Below are positions 26,701 through 47,779 of a stretch of 64,000 nt of DNA, in pieces. The position numbers and the translations under genes are program-made. The notes under the pieces were generated by a model that ran no database searches, was not told the DNA's origin, and saw only the letters and a program-made list of their open reading frames with translations. The DNA is taken from contig JALJEE010001458.1 in the NCBI GenBank assembly GCA_023231475.1, forward strand, positions 1 through 64,000, given 5' to 3'. This DNA comes from Seison nebaliae (lineage: Eukaryota). Position 1 is the first letter of the stretch, and each line of letters starts with the position of its first letter.

Positions 26701-29700
26701 TATATCTGGATCTTCAATCGGTTCACGAAAGTATTTTGAACTCATATCAGCTAGAATGTTGTAAAAATAATTTTTATCTTCATCGTTTATCAATCTATCA
26801 TGGAAGATTCTATAAAATAATTGAGAATGATGAAACAAAAAAAGTAAATGATGAACCGTTGAGTTTCATGAAAGAATAGTTTCAACATGATTTCCGGTGT
26901 TGAACATGTTTCTGGTGTAACTTGTAGAATTCCTTGTATACATTTTGATAAGTCACGTAAATTGAATATGTAATGAGATTTATCAGGCGTGGGTAGTAAA
27001 TCGGTACTCATTCTTTCAAATATTTCAATAACTGAATCTACTAATTGAGCGGATAGTGTACGTACTTTCGTTGGGAATGGTTGTAGGAATCCATTGAGAA
27101 TGGACTTGAAAATATGTTTTAATGAAAATTCGGCCGGTTGCGCTAAGTTGAAAATAGAGAAATGGCGTAGAAATCTTGCCGTAACTTTATTTCTACCACC
27201 ACCAGGTGGCGCACAAGCAGCACACAATGTAGCTCCTTTGACATCTTTCCAAAATAATTTTTCTCGGTCATAAAAACCACCAAAATCTTGAATTTGTCTT
27301 AAAAGTTCAATTGGCGGTTGTGAACCATAAGTGTCTGGTTTAGGCATGTTCAGATCGTCAATAAACAATATAAGATGTTGGTTATTTGGAGGTGTCAACA
27401 AAGTCTTCTTTCTTCGATCAAATTTACTTTCAATAATTTCTTGAGTTCGTGGTGCATTCGTTTGCGCGGAAAAATTGACAAAAATTGGCAATAAATTATT
27501 CTTTTCAGCAATATTTACCAAATGCGATCGTGCAATTACACTCTTCCCAACTCCAGTATTACCAGTAAGAAGAACAGATTTGTTCACTCGAGTTAGTATT
27601 TCCAAGAAATATCCATACCTTAAAGTATCAACCGTCGGTACTAACATTTCAAAATAAGGAGTGGTTGTTGAATAATTGAAAGGAGCAATATGTTTCTCCC
27701 ACATTTCCATGTGACGATAATTAGTTTCAACTTTGTAACTAAATAGATCGCCTGCCGTACCTAATTTCATATCGCTGTTGTCGTCCATTAGTATACGAGA
27801 ATAACTATCGAACCGGTCCCAATTGCTTTGATTAATGCCACCGCCCAAACCCCAAACAAATGCAAAACAGAATACTGTGGCAATTAAACTGTTTTTTTTG
27901 GAAAGTTCAAGTTCTATAAAATAAAAGAAAATGAATATAATCAATTATGATCAATGGGATTTGAACCTGGATCGTTCTTTCCGTAAACTGAAACGAAAAT
28001 ATTTGTAATTGTTACAACTTTAGCAATCTCTACTTGTGGAATGGCTTCGACACAGTTCTTGTTGACATATTGAAGACCTTTTTCTACATATGAATTGAAC
28101 ATTTCAAGAAGATAGTCCTTAGTCTCCTGAGAATATTCCGTATCTTGCAACCATGATCTCACATATGGTGACCACTTTAAATCATTTGGATCAATATATA
28201 CCATTCCACAACTATTAATTATGATACAATGATTATGAATATACAATATGAATTGACAAAGTTAACCGAGATACAGTGGCTGGAGACGCTACAGCAAGAT
28301 CTTCGACTTCAAAGATCATTTTAATGTTATTTGTTAATTTAATTCTTTCGCTATTTGCTAAACATAACATCTTATTGTCATCCAAAACAGTGTTCATATT
28401 CTCAATCCATAATGCATCAACAGGACCATCACAAATGACCCAATAATGATCGGTGGTATCTATGAATAGAAAGGTTAAAAGATAAATGACGTAGAATAAG
28501 TAACCTAAAGCTACACCTCTTCTGACAATACTCGCCATTAATCCATCTCGCCATTCTAATGTTAATGCATCAATTTCACCATATAATTCTCCCATTGTAA
28601 TTGATTTCGGGTTTAATGTACTCGATATAACTGGCTGATATGATGGATGATCTTGTCCCGATTCAAACATGTCACCCAACGTCATCGCTAACACGTTCAG
28701 TACTGATGTTTTACCACCACCACTTGGTCCAACTAACATGACGCCATGACGTACAATTAAAGTTTCATGTAATTGAATAACTTTACTTATTTGAGATTCA
28801 TCATTTTGTAACTTTTGTTTTACTTGTGCTGCTTTTATATGTGTTTCCAACACACCATAATCATGTTCAGGTAATACTGTTCCTGGAAAAAGATCATGGA
28901 CAATGGCATGGAATAAGGCAGCATCTGCTTTGAGGAATTTGGGTAAATTAGAATCGCGAAGGGCACGAATAAGAACCAAATCTTCTAGAATATTTGGATT
29001 CTCTCGTTTTAACGTTCCTGCCATCACCAACACACTTTTGACCGCTCGCATTCCAAAATCATAATGATCTTGTTGCGATAACTGTTCCGAACACAGTTTA
29101 TACATTTGGGTCATTTTTTGAGCAAGAATTTTCGAATTTTCAAATCCTTCCGAATATAAGATAACTTCAGCAATTAATCGATAATCGGGAACCATCATAG
29201 AAATTGGACGGAATAAAGCCTTCAAATTATCTGGTAACTCTGTTCTACCAGCATATCCCGGATTCATGGTGATGAATGTAGCACATGTTGGAATCAATTT
29301 AATTTCTTTTCCTTCAAAAATAAATCGTTGAAGTTTATTAGTTTTCGCATTTCTTATCGTTATTAATTGTTGAGCAATGACAGAAAGTACCTCAATATCG
29401 ATTCGATTAAATTCATCAAAGCAGCACCAAGCTCCAGATTGTGCTAAACCTGAAAAGAATTTTCCCATCAATCGATAATCGATACTTTCCGAACAATTAA
29501 AAACAACACACTGAATGGCTAAGGCCTTTGCCAGATCTTTAGTAGTTTCTGTCTTTCCTGTACCGGCTGGTCCTGCGGGAGCTCCACCTAAATCTAATTG
29601 AAGTGCTCCCATTAAACATAAATAACATCGATCCGTCAATGGTGTTATAACGAGACGTGGTGAAGCTCCTAAATACTCATGAGCATACCAAAATTGAGAA

Positions 29701-32700
29701 CTCGACTGTTTGACGACAGTTGACTCATGAGTTGCATCAAAATAATATCTCAATTGTTTTTGCCATGTAAAATCTTGAATTTTATCAACATTTGTCGCAT
29801 TCATTTCAGTTATGATATCCCTTGCGTGTACATCGATCGTAATGAGTGCACATAATGTAGCACGGACGAGTGGTGGTAATTTCTCTCGAATAATGGCAGC
29901 CAACTTATGCAATCTTTTAAAACTTATTGTCTCCAACTGCTTTAATGAAGTAGTACTTTCTTTCTCCAAAATTTTCGTAACCGTTGAACACCATTGTGTT
30001 TGTGATACTGTCAATATAACTTGTGATGGCCATTCTTTCACCCAATTTTGCAGAGATTTTCCCAAGAATGCTTGAGCTGAAGCCTTAATCAATTTTTTAA
30101 TTGATAGAAACATAGCTTCTTCTACTTTCCCTAACCATTCTTCAACATTACCACGAGCTTTCAAACTCTTCCCTAATGAAACCACTTCTTTTTCTGGAGA
30201 AATCATACTAAGAATATCATTCGTATAAACCACAGCTTCATCGACTACCTGTTCACCTTCACCAACCTTTTCCAATTTTGCAAATTCCAATCGATTAATA
30301 GCATCGAAACATTTTCTTAGATGAGGTTGTACCGCTTGTGGATTTCTAGTTTGAGCAAGAATTTCTAACAGTTCATCATTAGAGAGGAAATAGAATCTAG
30401 GGAATGTGACACGTTTTGATTCTAAATAATTTTCTAGACATTTCATTATTTGTTCCAACAATGTATTATTGTTTTGCATCGCTTCAAGAACACCGGGTAA
30501 AGTTGCCGCTCTCATAGCTGTCGGTACTTTACTTACACGTCTCATAATCTCTTTCCAACTTCGATCGACTTGCGAAAACATTTTCGCTTCCACTGGTAAT
30601 TGACGGGCAATATCGGGAGCTGCAAATATCAGCTCCAAGTATAACCATGACCTTTGACAAATTAACCATTGTTCCAATGTTCTTCCAAATAAATCTAATT
30701 GATCTTGCCATACTTGAACTCTTCCAGCAATCGGTCCTACATGTTTACTTGAAGCGATCGTTCCAATATTGATGATGGAATCATCTAGCAACTGTTGAAT
30801 ATCATCGGTTCCTCCCAAAATAAACACATCGCGACCTTTATGTTGTACAACAATGAATTCTGCCGTTTTCCAAGCATCTTCCACTTTCTTTAGAATTGCT
30901 TCTAAACTCGCTTCACTAGACGCCATTCCGGAAATTTCTTGCATTTCTTCTGCGAAATCGAACGCATTCAATTCTGTTAAGATTTTTAAGGTTAATCTAT
31001 CCTTTTCTGGTTGATAATTCAATTTCTCATAGATCATAGACCAATGACGTTTCTGCAAATTGGGATTTCTCATATCAGTTATCACAGGTAATTGTGATTT
31101 CATTCTTTCAACTTGTTGCTTCAATTCTGCAACTAGAGTACTGGGTGGAAGACCTTTCTCCATTTGATACAGATATTTATTGTAAATATTTAACGTTGCA
31201 ATTATTTCTTCAGGATTTAACTCTTTGAAATTCTTTTCATTCCATTCATTCACAATAAATTTAAATTCTTCAATAGAATTCCATAACAATTCTTTTAATT
31301 TCAATTCGGATGCTACTTGTTCCAATTCTTCATATTTTCTTACTTCAATCTTGAATCTTCTTTGATAATCTCGATATAAATGAGCCAATTTTTGTAAGTC
31401 ATCAATCTTGGCAATTAATTCTTTCAAAGTATTTTTCGATTCCGTTGGATTGGCTGTAACGTCCAATAATGACGGTTGTTCTCCTTGACGTCTTAATTGT
31501 TTGACTTCCTCATCTAATTCCTCAATATCTTTCGACAAATATTTCACTAAATGTTTCACATTTTCATCTCGTTCCGCTAAACTCTTATCGATGACGTTAT
31601 GAAAATTATTGATAGTGCCATTTAATGTGGAATAAAGAGCAATCTCTTCTGGAACTACATCAATTCGATATTGATCGATCAAATCGTACATTTCTTTAAC
31701 AATTTCCATTTCATTTTCCATCGATTCAACTCGTTCCTGGACGTTGTCGAGAAAAATAAGAGCATCCACATAATCTTTCGTCTGTTCCATTGTCGCCTCT
31801 AATTTCATTATGCCGTCTTGTGCTTCTTGTATTAACGATTCCGTCAGTTTTTTCGCTCGATCAGGAATAATCATACTCAAAATCATCAAAATTCGTTTAG
31901 GTGATGGATCCAGTGTCCTTCGTATTGGTTCACATTCGATAGAAAATATGCCAATACTTCTTTGTGCGATTATTAATTTAGTATGTTCAATTTGTTGATT
32001 ATACTTCTCCAATTCAACTTGCATGAATTCCGTATCGTTCGAACTCTCATACGATTTTTCATATTCTTCGGAATTGATCTCTTCATTTTGCGTATACCAA
32101 GTAACATAATTTTTGAATGTTGATGAAAATTCACCTAAAGCGCCAAATGAAATGGTGATGGAATCTTTTAACGCTTCGTTGATTTTCATTAACATTACAT
32201 CCTCACTCAACATATCGAGTAACGAAGGACCTTTTTCGAAAATTGGATCTTCACGTTTTTGATTAATAATCGGTTGAGTAAATGGAATAAATATGTCATC
32301 TGTGACAATACATTCTAAGCCACATAACAGATGTTTGACTTGTTCAACAATCTTTCGTACCATCGCTACGTATTCTTGTTCAGAAGGTTTAGTAATTACC
32401 GTATTTTTTCCGATTCCCAATTCTACTGAAAATAATGGACTCAACATTTCAATATTTCTATCCTCTCGAGCTCGCAATTCATGGAACATATCCTTAGTCT
32501 GATTTTGCAAAGCCAACATCATCGGTTGTTGTTTTACGCTACTCGGCTTTGCACTACTTTTCTTCTTATTTGCGTTCATCATCACTTTAGGAATTTCTTC
32601 TAAGAAACTTGCTCGATGTCGTATGGTACTGATTTCCTCATCAGGCATTGCAAAATTAAGAATGCTTGCCCCAAATTTATAAGCTTTCGTCATCTTTAGA

Positions 32701-34629
32701 GTGTAGGGCTCTCTGAACATATTATCCATTTTATGTTCTTTCAAGAAAGCATAATAACAATTTGGTTCATTAGGATCCCAAGGTAAGGCAGTGGGACCGA
32801 GTTCTAACGCATCGATTGGTGGTGTTTGAATCAAGTGTTCAGCGAAATGTGTTAAGAGACCACGTAACGAATTCAATCCCAATAAATGTAATGTATTGTT
32901 GATGATGTAATCAATTAATCGAATAAAATTTACAAGACGATGACATTCATATCTCTTTTTAGCTTGTTGCGTATAACTCATCTTTTCTGGCATCTCTCCA
33001 TATAAATCAACGTCAAAATGTTCCTTCTTTTGTGTCGCACTCGGTTTTGAACGAATTGACGTTGCTGAATCATTCATCGAAGATTTATATTTCATTTTCG
33101 AATCTTCTGTTTCACCAGTATCAGGTGTAAATCCAGCCTCATATAATGCGGTCCGACATGCTGAGAAAATGATATCAACCATCAATTTTCTGAATTCATC
33201 TAATCTTTCTTTTACCGTTGTCAATTGTGTTGTTTGGTTTAAGAGGAATTCATTAATTTCATAAACAATTTCATCCTCAATCTGCAACATTGACATGTCT
33301 CCAATGCGATAACACATTTCTCTTGCATTTAATAATGCTGGTCGTAACACCTGATAAATTAATAATTATTTAATCTCTATTAGAAAAAAAAAGTTAACTG
33401 GATTAAGTGTAAACAGTTTCTCTTTGAGAGCTCGTTGCGCTACTATGATTTTCTTATGCCGAACATTGTTCCTCCAGACAATGAACATTTTCCACATTCG
33501 AAATTGTTCAAAAGTTCGAATTTTACTCAATTCCGAATAACTCTTAAATTCAGTTATCCATTCGTCCAATGGAGTAAATGTTATTTCGGCTGATTTCGAA
33601 TAATGTGTCACTCCTGATTTGCTAATTGTAAAGAATTCATTCTGGTCACCATTCTCTCCATATTCAGTTGTTCTGTTGAGGGCAATATATATGAGTTTCA
33701 TATTACCAATAAGAAATAAAACTAACGCTAAATTATAAAAATTATGCTGAACATTAGTCTTCGCAGCACGATGGGTAAGATAAAGAAAAAAGCCAGGCTG
33801 GGTCGCATTTCTAACTATTTTCTCAACTTCCAAAAGATTCGTTATACCATTATATTTATTTCTTTCGAACATCTTAGAAACGTCACCTTTTGGTTCATCC
33901 GTCATCGTTTGTTTTGGTGGAAGTGCTTTCATTAATGTTGGAGATGGTCTTTTTCTTCTCTCTTGAGCAAGAACATTATCAAGACGCTTCCTCTCCGCTA
34001 CTGGTCCACATTTTAAAGGGGCAACTATGGCCTGATTAGATAACAGTGGAGGACGTCGTAAGGTAGCCGTGGCGACGTCACATGTTTGTGAATCGTATAA
34101 TGCCTTCATCAATCGATGACGAGGATGTGCATTAAATAACGAATTGACTCCCCGGGGTAATTCCAACATAGGTTTCGGTACAGTAATCTTCTTTTCTTCA
34201 GTCGTCGTTTCTACTTTGCTTGACGTTACTCCTTTCTTCGCATATTCAAGTCTCTCTCGTTCTTGAATCGCTTTCGGTTCGTTAAATTTTTGAGATTTCG
34301 TTAAAGGTGCCTACATAGTAATGTATTGAAAATCAATATGAATAATTTCAATCGAACTAATGGTTCCAAATGACCACCCAACGGAACATACGCGGGATCA
34401 TTCTTCTTTCTTGGAGGAATAAAATGGAATGGTGCCGACTTTACTGCTTCTTGTTCAATTGCTGATTTATAAATCCCTGCTCGGATTCTTTCATGGTCCA
34501 CCTAACAATATTACATTTCATGATTATATTTCAAATTCGTCAAACTTTTCCAAAAATGTTTGCTTTCGACTTACTGCTTTCCGAAGTCAATCTTGATCTT
34601 TCTCCATTTTCAGTATTGACTGATTCCAT
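20706..34629 (-). CDS. DNAH6: Axonemal inner-arm dynein heavy chain (DNAH6-like), ~22 exons
   Basis: Four P-loops ([32 protein letters not shown]), [26 protein letters not shown], stalk/[21 protein letters not shown] and C-terminal [22 protein letters not shown]. It has the short single-headed tail, and LRPALL resembles DNAH6. 21 introns mapped. Confidence 0.93.
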
Positions 34630-35137
34630 ATTGGGAAACCAAAGAAGTAGGATATAATGATAGAACGAGAATTAATAGGTTAATGAATCATATTCATTAG
34701 AAAATGATTAATTAAATATTTGGAATCTAAGTCGGAACATATTTAAAAATAGCTAAAAAAATTTCATCAGAACTCAATCATCATACATAAAGAAACTAAA
34801 CTAAAAATAAGCAAAAAAATAAGGAAATTCAAAGTAAGAGTAAGAGTAAAATTACCAGTTTCAGGCGGCTGCCAATACCAGAATCTGTAATTTGGATTAT
34901 TTTGCATTTTTCAACCGTTTCATACAAATTAAACAAACAATTTTATTGTTACTCCAACAACATTAATATAAAAGTAGTTGTTAAAAAAAGTCATAAATCC
35001 TATTAGCATAGCAACAAGAGCTTCACGTTAGTTTACTTTTATTCATAATAAATATTTATCATTATTCATGGTAATAAGAGAAAAAGAAAGCTTTGTTAAA
35101 AAAAAACCATTTAAAATAATTCATTTTAATAACAGTT

Positions 35138-38210
<3,073 letters not shown>

Positions 38211-38331
38211 TGAAAATAAGTGAATGATTTGAAGTTGAAATAAAAGAAAAGAGAGGACGGCATATTTAATTTATTTGAAGTATAAAGAATGAGAATCTTA
38301 TCAATGATGAATAAAATATAAATGTTTATTT

Positions 38332-38991
38332 TTACATGTCCCCTAAAGGAATTTCAACTTGTGGTAACATTATCTTGTCTGATTGATCATCAGAAGAGAT
38401 TGGCTCATATTTCTGATAAAATATCGCATGTAACATTACCACAACAAATGATGCACCTTTAACATAATGTTATTTAATGAAAGATGAAATCAAATTAACC
38501 GACAACCCAAAAGAAAGCGGAGCCAACTCCCACCATCAACAGGAAAGGTATTGCTATCAATCCCACAATCATTTGCTGATGTTTCACATTAATTTGCCGT
38601 CCTCCTATCGCCAATTGACGTTTCTTATTTCGTTGATTTACAGCGTAGCATCCTCCTATCACGGCAATTATTACAAATAAAATTCCTGGAGATGTAATTC
38701 TAATAAGTTCACATTAAATCAAGAGAGAAATAAAACGTCCAACATACAATAGAGGAAAAGGAGAATAGAAACGAAAATATAATTCGATTGGAAATGATCC
38801 AAGTTGGAGAGAACACGTTTGGAGACATCTTTCATTGACGAAGGTTTACTAAATTTGGTGGGAACAAAGAATTCCGTGATCCAGGGACGGACGTTAGCTC
38901 GTTGTCGATCCAACCACGCTTTAGGACCCTGTATTTCATCAGGTAGCGCGTATTTTGTCATCCATCCACTATCACCAAGAAAATCGTTCAT
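38332..38991 (-). CDS. RABAC1: Prenylated Rab acceptor 1 (PRA1 family), 3 exons
   Basis: VRPWITEF...FSKP...KRVLSNLDHFQSNYIFV...YCIITSP; FLLMVGVGSAFFWVVGASFVVVMLHAIF. Confidence 0.9.
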
Positions 38992-39795
38992 TTATGAAAA
39001 TGTTTTATAAAGTAAATTTTATAAAATTTATTGTAAGATAAAAAATTGAAAATAACGTTGGAAGAATTTTGGTCGCCTTATTTAGTATGGACATTTTCGT
39101 ATTATCATCGATTAACGTTGTCATTATTTGCACGTATTATATTGTGATAGAAAATGAGTGATATTAAAAAAGTAAATTTAGTACACATCGAAATTAAAGA
39201 ATGGAACTATAGTTTATTCTCATTTCAATTATCTAAATTCGAGAAATTCAATTCCCTAATATAAGCTTAATGATCATCCGTCAGTTTTTTAGTTAAGACA
39301 CGTAATTCATTAATATCATTCAATATTGACGAATATTCTTTGAACCTTTCGAAATCTTTCATTGAATCATTACCACTGAATAGATCTAATTTTTCATTTT
39401 TCTTTTTGTCTATATATCCGAAGACAAATCAACAAAAAAAAAAGAGAATTAGTTTAACTTTGAATAAAACTCAAAATATCTTTCACATTCTTTGAATTAA
39501 TGTCGATATTCTCCATATCTTCTTCCATCGCTTTTCTGTTCATTATAACGATTTTTGTTCTTTTATCATAAGCTTTCAATTAATTGAAAATATTTACATA
39601 TTCCGATTGGCACATCTATCAACATCAAAAAATAATAGAATTGTTCAATTCTTTTCAGTTTGGTAGATGACAATTAGATGAGCCATTTGAAGTTCAAACT
39701 TTGAACTATAAAATTAAGGAAAATGATAAAATTGTAAAATATAGTTAAAATTTAATAGAAATTAATTTGTTGTTTTAAATTTTAGAAATTAGTTT

Positions 39796-42226
39796 TCAGT
39801 AAATTTGTAAAATTTTTTGGTGGCAATTTTTGAATTTAATTTTATATATCCGATCGACACTAAATGATTCAAGGCGTTGGAGAAACTGTAGGGAAAGAGA
39901 TAGAAGAAAGTGAAATATTTCAGTAAACATGTTTTCCGTCATATGTTCTTCATTAATATAATTCATGATTGACGGTTGCTTCATTTGGAATTTGAACGTC
40001 TGTCGATGAGAATATTGAAAGGTGAATTTAAATAGGTAAAACGATTAACTTCAAATAAGTTTTTTCTGCTTAAACTTTTTTTGGTAGTCTCCTCAAATAA
40101 ATTGTAGAGAACATAAGAAGGACAGTTGAATAATAAATCGGAATTATTGCCATTCACAAACATTTTAGGATTTCTCAATTTATGTAAATTATTTTCATTC
40201 AACAATTTATTCACTGCAGTCATATGAGTATTCATAGAACTATAATATTTGGGAAGAAATAATTGTAGATCTTTTTCCAGTAAACTTCTACTATGATTAT
40301 GATAATCAGAGGAGAAATCATTACTTCCGTCCAGATAATTATCTTGTAAATTAGTTTCATTTAATTTCAATGTAATATCTCCAATCGACATATCTAAATC
40401 ATTTTTGTTATTCAATGCTACAAGATATGCGTTAGAAGTTTCCCATGAAAATTCATTCAACGGCCACAAATGTAATGGTAATCGATGGGTGAATGTTAAA
40501 TCTTGTGGATAGGCAAATTGGGAGAATTGTCTGAAATGTAAAAATATGTAACTGGTGAAAGATGAAAGACGAAAGGAACTTTAATAAAAAGAATAAAGTT
40601 TCACTGAAATTGTTTATCATGAGATATTTTAATTTAACTTCTAAAGTTTTCTTCAAATTCTCGAAACTTTTAAATTCATCGAATTTTTCGCAAATTATTT
40701 CCAAGAATTCCGATAAATCTTTTTGAACATCGTCAATCACTTCATCAAACGACTCATCGATCGATTTCAACATTTCATTCATTTCACTAAATAACGAATG
40801 GAGAGAAGAATGTGAAGTAATCGATGTAAAATAAATTGCCATTACCCAAAAGTCCAACGAATCGATATCTTCAGGATTGTCGAGTGATCGATAGAAACCA
40901 TCATATTTATAATGAGAAAATTTCAGATCGTAATCACTTAGGAAATGGTCACATTTTTTATTAATTTCATTTATCATCACTTTATATTCGAGAGAGTTGT
41001 GGAGATGTTGGAGGATATGAATCGATATCATTGGATTACACGAATGAATATATTCGAGGAATTTAGTCAGATAATGTAGTTGGAACCATGACAAACGGTT
41101 GCATATGTACAATTCCCGACATTTTATCTACAAATTCATAAAAATATTGGAGGGAGAGGAAGGAAAAAAACCAGAAAATTTTTGGAGTAGAATAAAGATG
41201 AAATTTCATTTTCTACCAGATGTTCTTCATGAACCTGCATCGTATAGAAGAATCGTTTAAGACTCCATTCGATTTGTAGAGATATCTCTTCTTGTTGGGT
41301 GTCACCTTTCAAATAATTCTCCACCACCGTCATTGACAATTCACTCGCGATATTCTTTTCACTTAAATGATTCGTTGAATAGTTAGAGAATTGTTCGTTC
41401 AGTTTCTTTTCGAACAACAAATAAAGTAAATTAATTATTTGTTGAATTCGTTCGAAAGAGTAAGAATTGTTGGTCAATAAATTCTTCATAATCATCAAAT
41501 TGTCTAGAGATAAATGATGATGGGATGAACCTTCCTTCAGTTTGTTCAATTCATTCTATTCCAAACAGAATCAGTAAATGAAATTTTTTGAATAAAAATA
41601 ACTTTTTTAATGGTTTTCCAAAAACATATCAAAACAGAATCTTTTGGAGTCGTTGTTAAGAATTGAGATAATTTTAATTGATTAATTGTAAAATGATATA
41701 ATCGATAATGTTCGATAATATTATTGAAAATCTTCTCTCCACATATCATTGAACGAGAATTGGATAAGAATTGATTGGATAAAAAAATAAAAATAATTTT
41801 CAGGTTCTTCAATTGACATTGTTTGTAATAGAATGAGGAGAGTAATTCGGTGTAGCTATCAAATTGTTTATCAAATAAATGATTCTTCACAAAAATCAAA
41901 ACATATCTAATTTCTTCTCCTAAAATAAAATTGATTTTATTCCAAATTATCTGTGTCATCAGATGACGTTGCAATTTCTTCTGAGATAAAATATATTCGT
42001 CGATCATGATCGTTCGGAATTTTTTGAATAATTTACTAAATTCCTCAGTAAATTCATGGATAAACCAGTTATCATACGAAACGATATCATTCCCATAATC
42101 GTTAGAAATGAAAATTAAATTGAATTGTTCTACTTCTTTCGGAATTTTTTTGTATGAAAGTTTTTCGAAAAGTTCTTTCGTTTTCTTTTGAAAAACTTCC
42201 TTCTTTAAAGATCCTAAATCAAACAT
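39796..42226 (-). CDS. Uncharacterised protein (~5 exons)
   Basis: ORFs 41546..42226, 41136..41549, 40453..41112, 39981..40469 and 39796..39984 join in frame through four GTT..AG introns of ~45-50 nt. No family recognised. Confidence 0.65.
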
Positions 42227-42397
42227 TTGAATAAATGAAAATTATTTATTAAAATTTATAAAAAAAAAGAAACTAAAAATTTGAAAAAGTGCCAAATTTT
42301 TTCTTTCTATTCTTTACATTCAAGTTTCTACAAAATATTTACAGAAAATTCTTTAAATAAATTGCATTTATTTTTTTCGATTCATCGTCGAATAATT

Positions 42398-45820
<3,423 letters not shown>

Positions 45821-45939
45821 ATTTGTAATAAAAATTTCGTTAAATTAACAACTAAGAATAAAGTAAAAAAATTTTTTTAACATGTCCGTTATTAAAAATA
45901 ATAAAGTAAATAACATCAGCAAATATTATCACTCACGCA

Positions 45940-46850
45940 ATGATTGCTACGCCTGATACTGCGACGAATACTCAAGTAATAAATGAGGTGACAACTACGA
46001 AGGATGTGAAACATTCAAGAAATCAATCGACCATCGTTCTCACAAAATTCTGATCTAACCTGTTGGTGGTTACACTCTCCTAAGAATATGGACGATAAAG
46101 GTATATATGGTTCATAATAGATTTGTGCAGAAATCATTTAACGCTTCCGATCTATCCATTCTATAATAGCTATAATAATCCATTCTGATGTTATTTGTTC
46201 GATCATTGTCAAATGTAAACTGATCAATGTACTTTCTGAATTTTTACGATAATAGCACCAACAAGATCTTCATAATGAAGATGTTCGATGATATTTTAAT
46301 TAAGAATTGTAACGATCGTGATCTCAGTTGAGGCGATTTCAATCCGTTGAATGTAAATTTATTAATAAGTCGTGGAAAAAATCTTCTCGAATTCAAATCG
46401 AATATGATAGAAGAAAAAGTAATGTATATCATTCAAAGAAGAATATCATACGAAACTATACGAGTTTTTTACCGAAGAAATTACAAAACTTATCGGATCA
46501 TGTCACTTGTCATGAAAGAGAAATTCTGACGATGGTACAGAAGGAGGATAACCGTAAAGATGATTCCGATATCTTTGAGTTAACAAATCAATTCGCTCTT
46601 GAAAATAGGTCATTCGTTCAAGATATCTAACTATTGAAAAATGTTCGGAAATGTCTTTCTAAAAACAAAGTTTTCTAAAACTTCAATACAGACTTCATTT
46701 TCTTCAAAAACTGACCACTGACAGTGGTTCGTACAGTACTCATATAGTTCGTATGACACACAGTTCGATTCCATTCTGGTTTTCTCATGTATTTCGGTTA
46801 CATAAAATAGCATATACTGCCATACCTGGATTAGGTATTAAGAATTAACT
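45940..46850 (+). pseudogene. Possible decayed coding sequence
   Basis: Protein-like frames interrupted by stops (e.g. FYDNSTNKIFIMKMFDDILIKNCNDRDLS*GDFNP...; KLTTDSGSYSTHIVRMTHSSIPFWFSHVF). No intact gene model. Confidence 0.25.
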
Positions 46851-47779
46851 ATTAGGTATCATCATCATATTATTATACTATACAACAATATTTAAAAGTA
46901 ATCGGACAAGAATTAAACATTAATTAAATGATTTTTTAAAATACTCATAACTTTCTTCAAATAGCATTATATTCCTAAGTTCGGGAAAAATAAATGTAAA
47001 ATAATCCATTAATGCACAAACTTCATTTTTCTCTCTTTCTGAAAATCAAAAATCATATTTTAGGTCAATAAATTTTAAACACTGCTCAAATTAAGTAAAA
47101 TATCCGATTTCAGCTTGAAAAATCGATAAATAAGAAGAAAATAAAAAATGTTTTAAATGTCCATAAATTACGTAATTATTGAACATCTTTCGAAAAGGTT
47201 TTTTTGCATTATCTAAGAAATTTTAATTGATTGGAAATTTTAAATTACCCTATCTTCTTCAGCATCATCAATAACCCAGAAATACAAATTTTTATTAAAA
47301 TTGGTTACAGAAAACTACATTTTTTTAGTATTTCGCTAATTTTAGACTAAAAAATACTAACTTTTTGCGAAAAAAACTACACTACTACAATAGTATTTTT
47401 TAGTACATTAGTACTATCCTATATTGAATACATAGCATAATATAGTACAGTAAAAACTTAAGTAAATCTGACACTTTTAGGGTTTTATAAATTTTATAAT
47501 GCTGCATATCAGAAAATATCTCTATTCAATCTTTTTATGATTGTTATGATTAAATATATTTTTATAGATATATGTATGAAGATAGTATATATTCTTATTA
47601 TTATGTTAGTATTTCCGACTACGGAATTCAACAACACTTCAATTTCCGTTATCATCTTCAGAATAAGTTATCATAATTATTTAATAGAATCACAATATTT
47701 CCTATCTATAGCTTGATTCATTTGTACTTTATGATTCGGTAATAGTATTAACTATTTATTATTTGAAAAAAAAAATTTA

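Noticed and set aside
21264..33750. Apparent transmembrane segments within dynein and other ORFs (e.g. [14 protein letters not shown])
   Set aside because: These are translated in-frame introns, not protein.
20706..34629. Non-GT-AG or U12 (AT-AC) introns
   Set aside because: Every junction I could resolve is GT-AG, and no ATATCCTT/GTATCCTT donor was needed.
46960..47480. Possible transposon remnant or weak palindrome (TTTTTTAGTA / TACTAA motifs); similar remnants near 2560-2700 and 11350
   Set aside because: Too degenerate and AT-rich to define ends or a family by eye.
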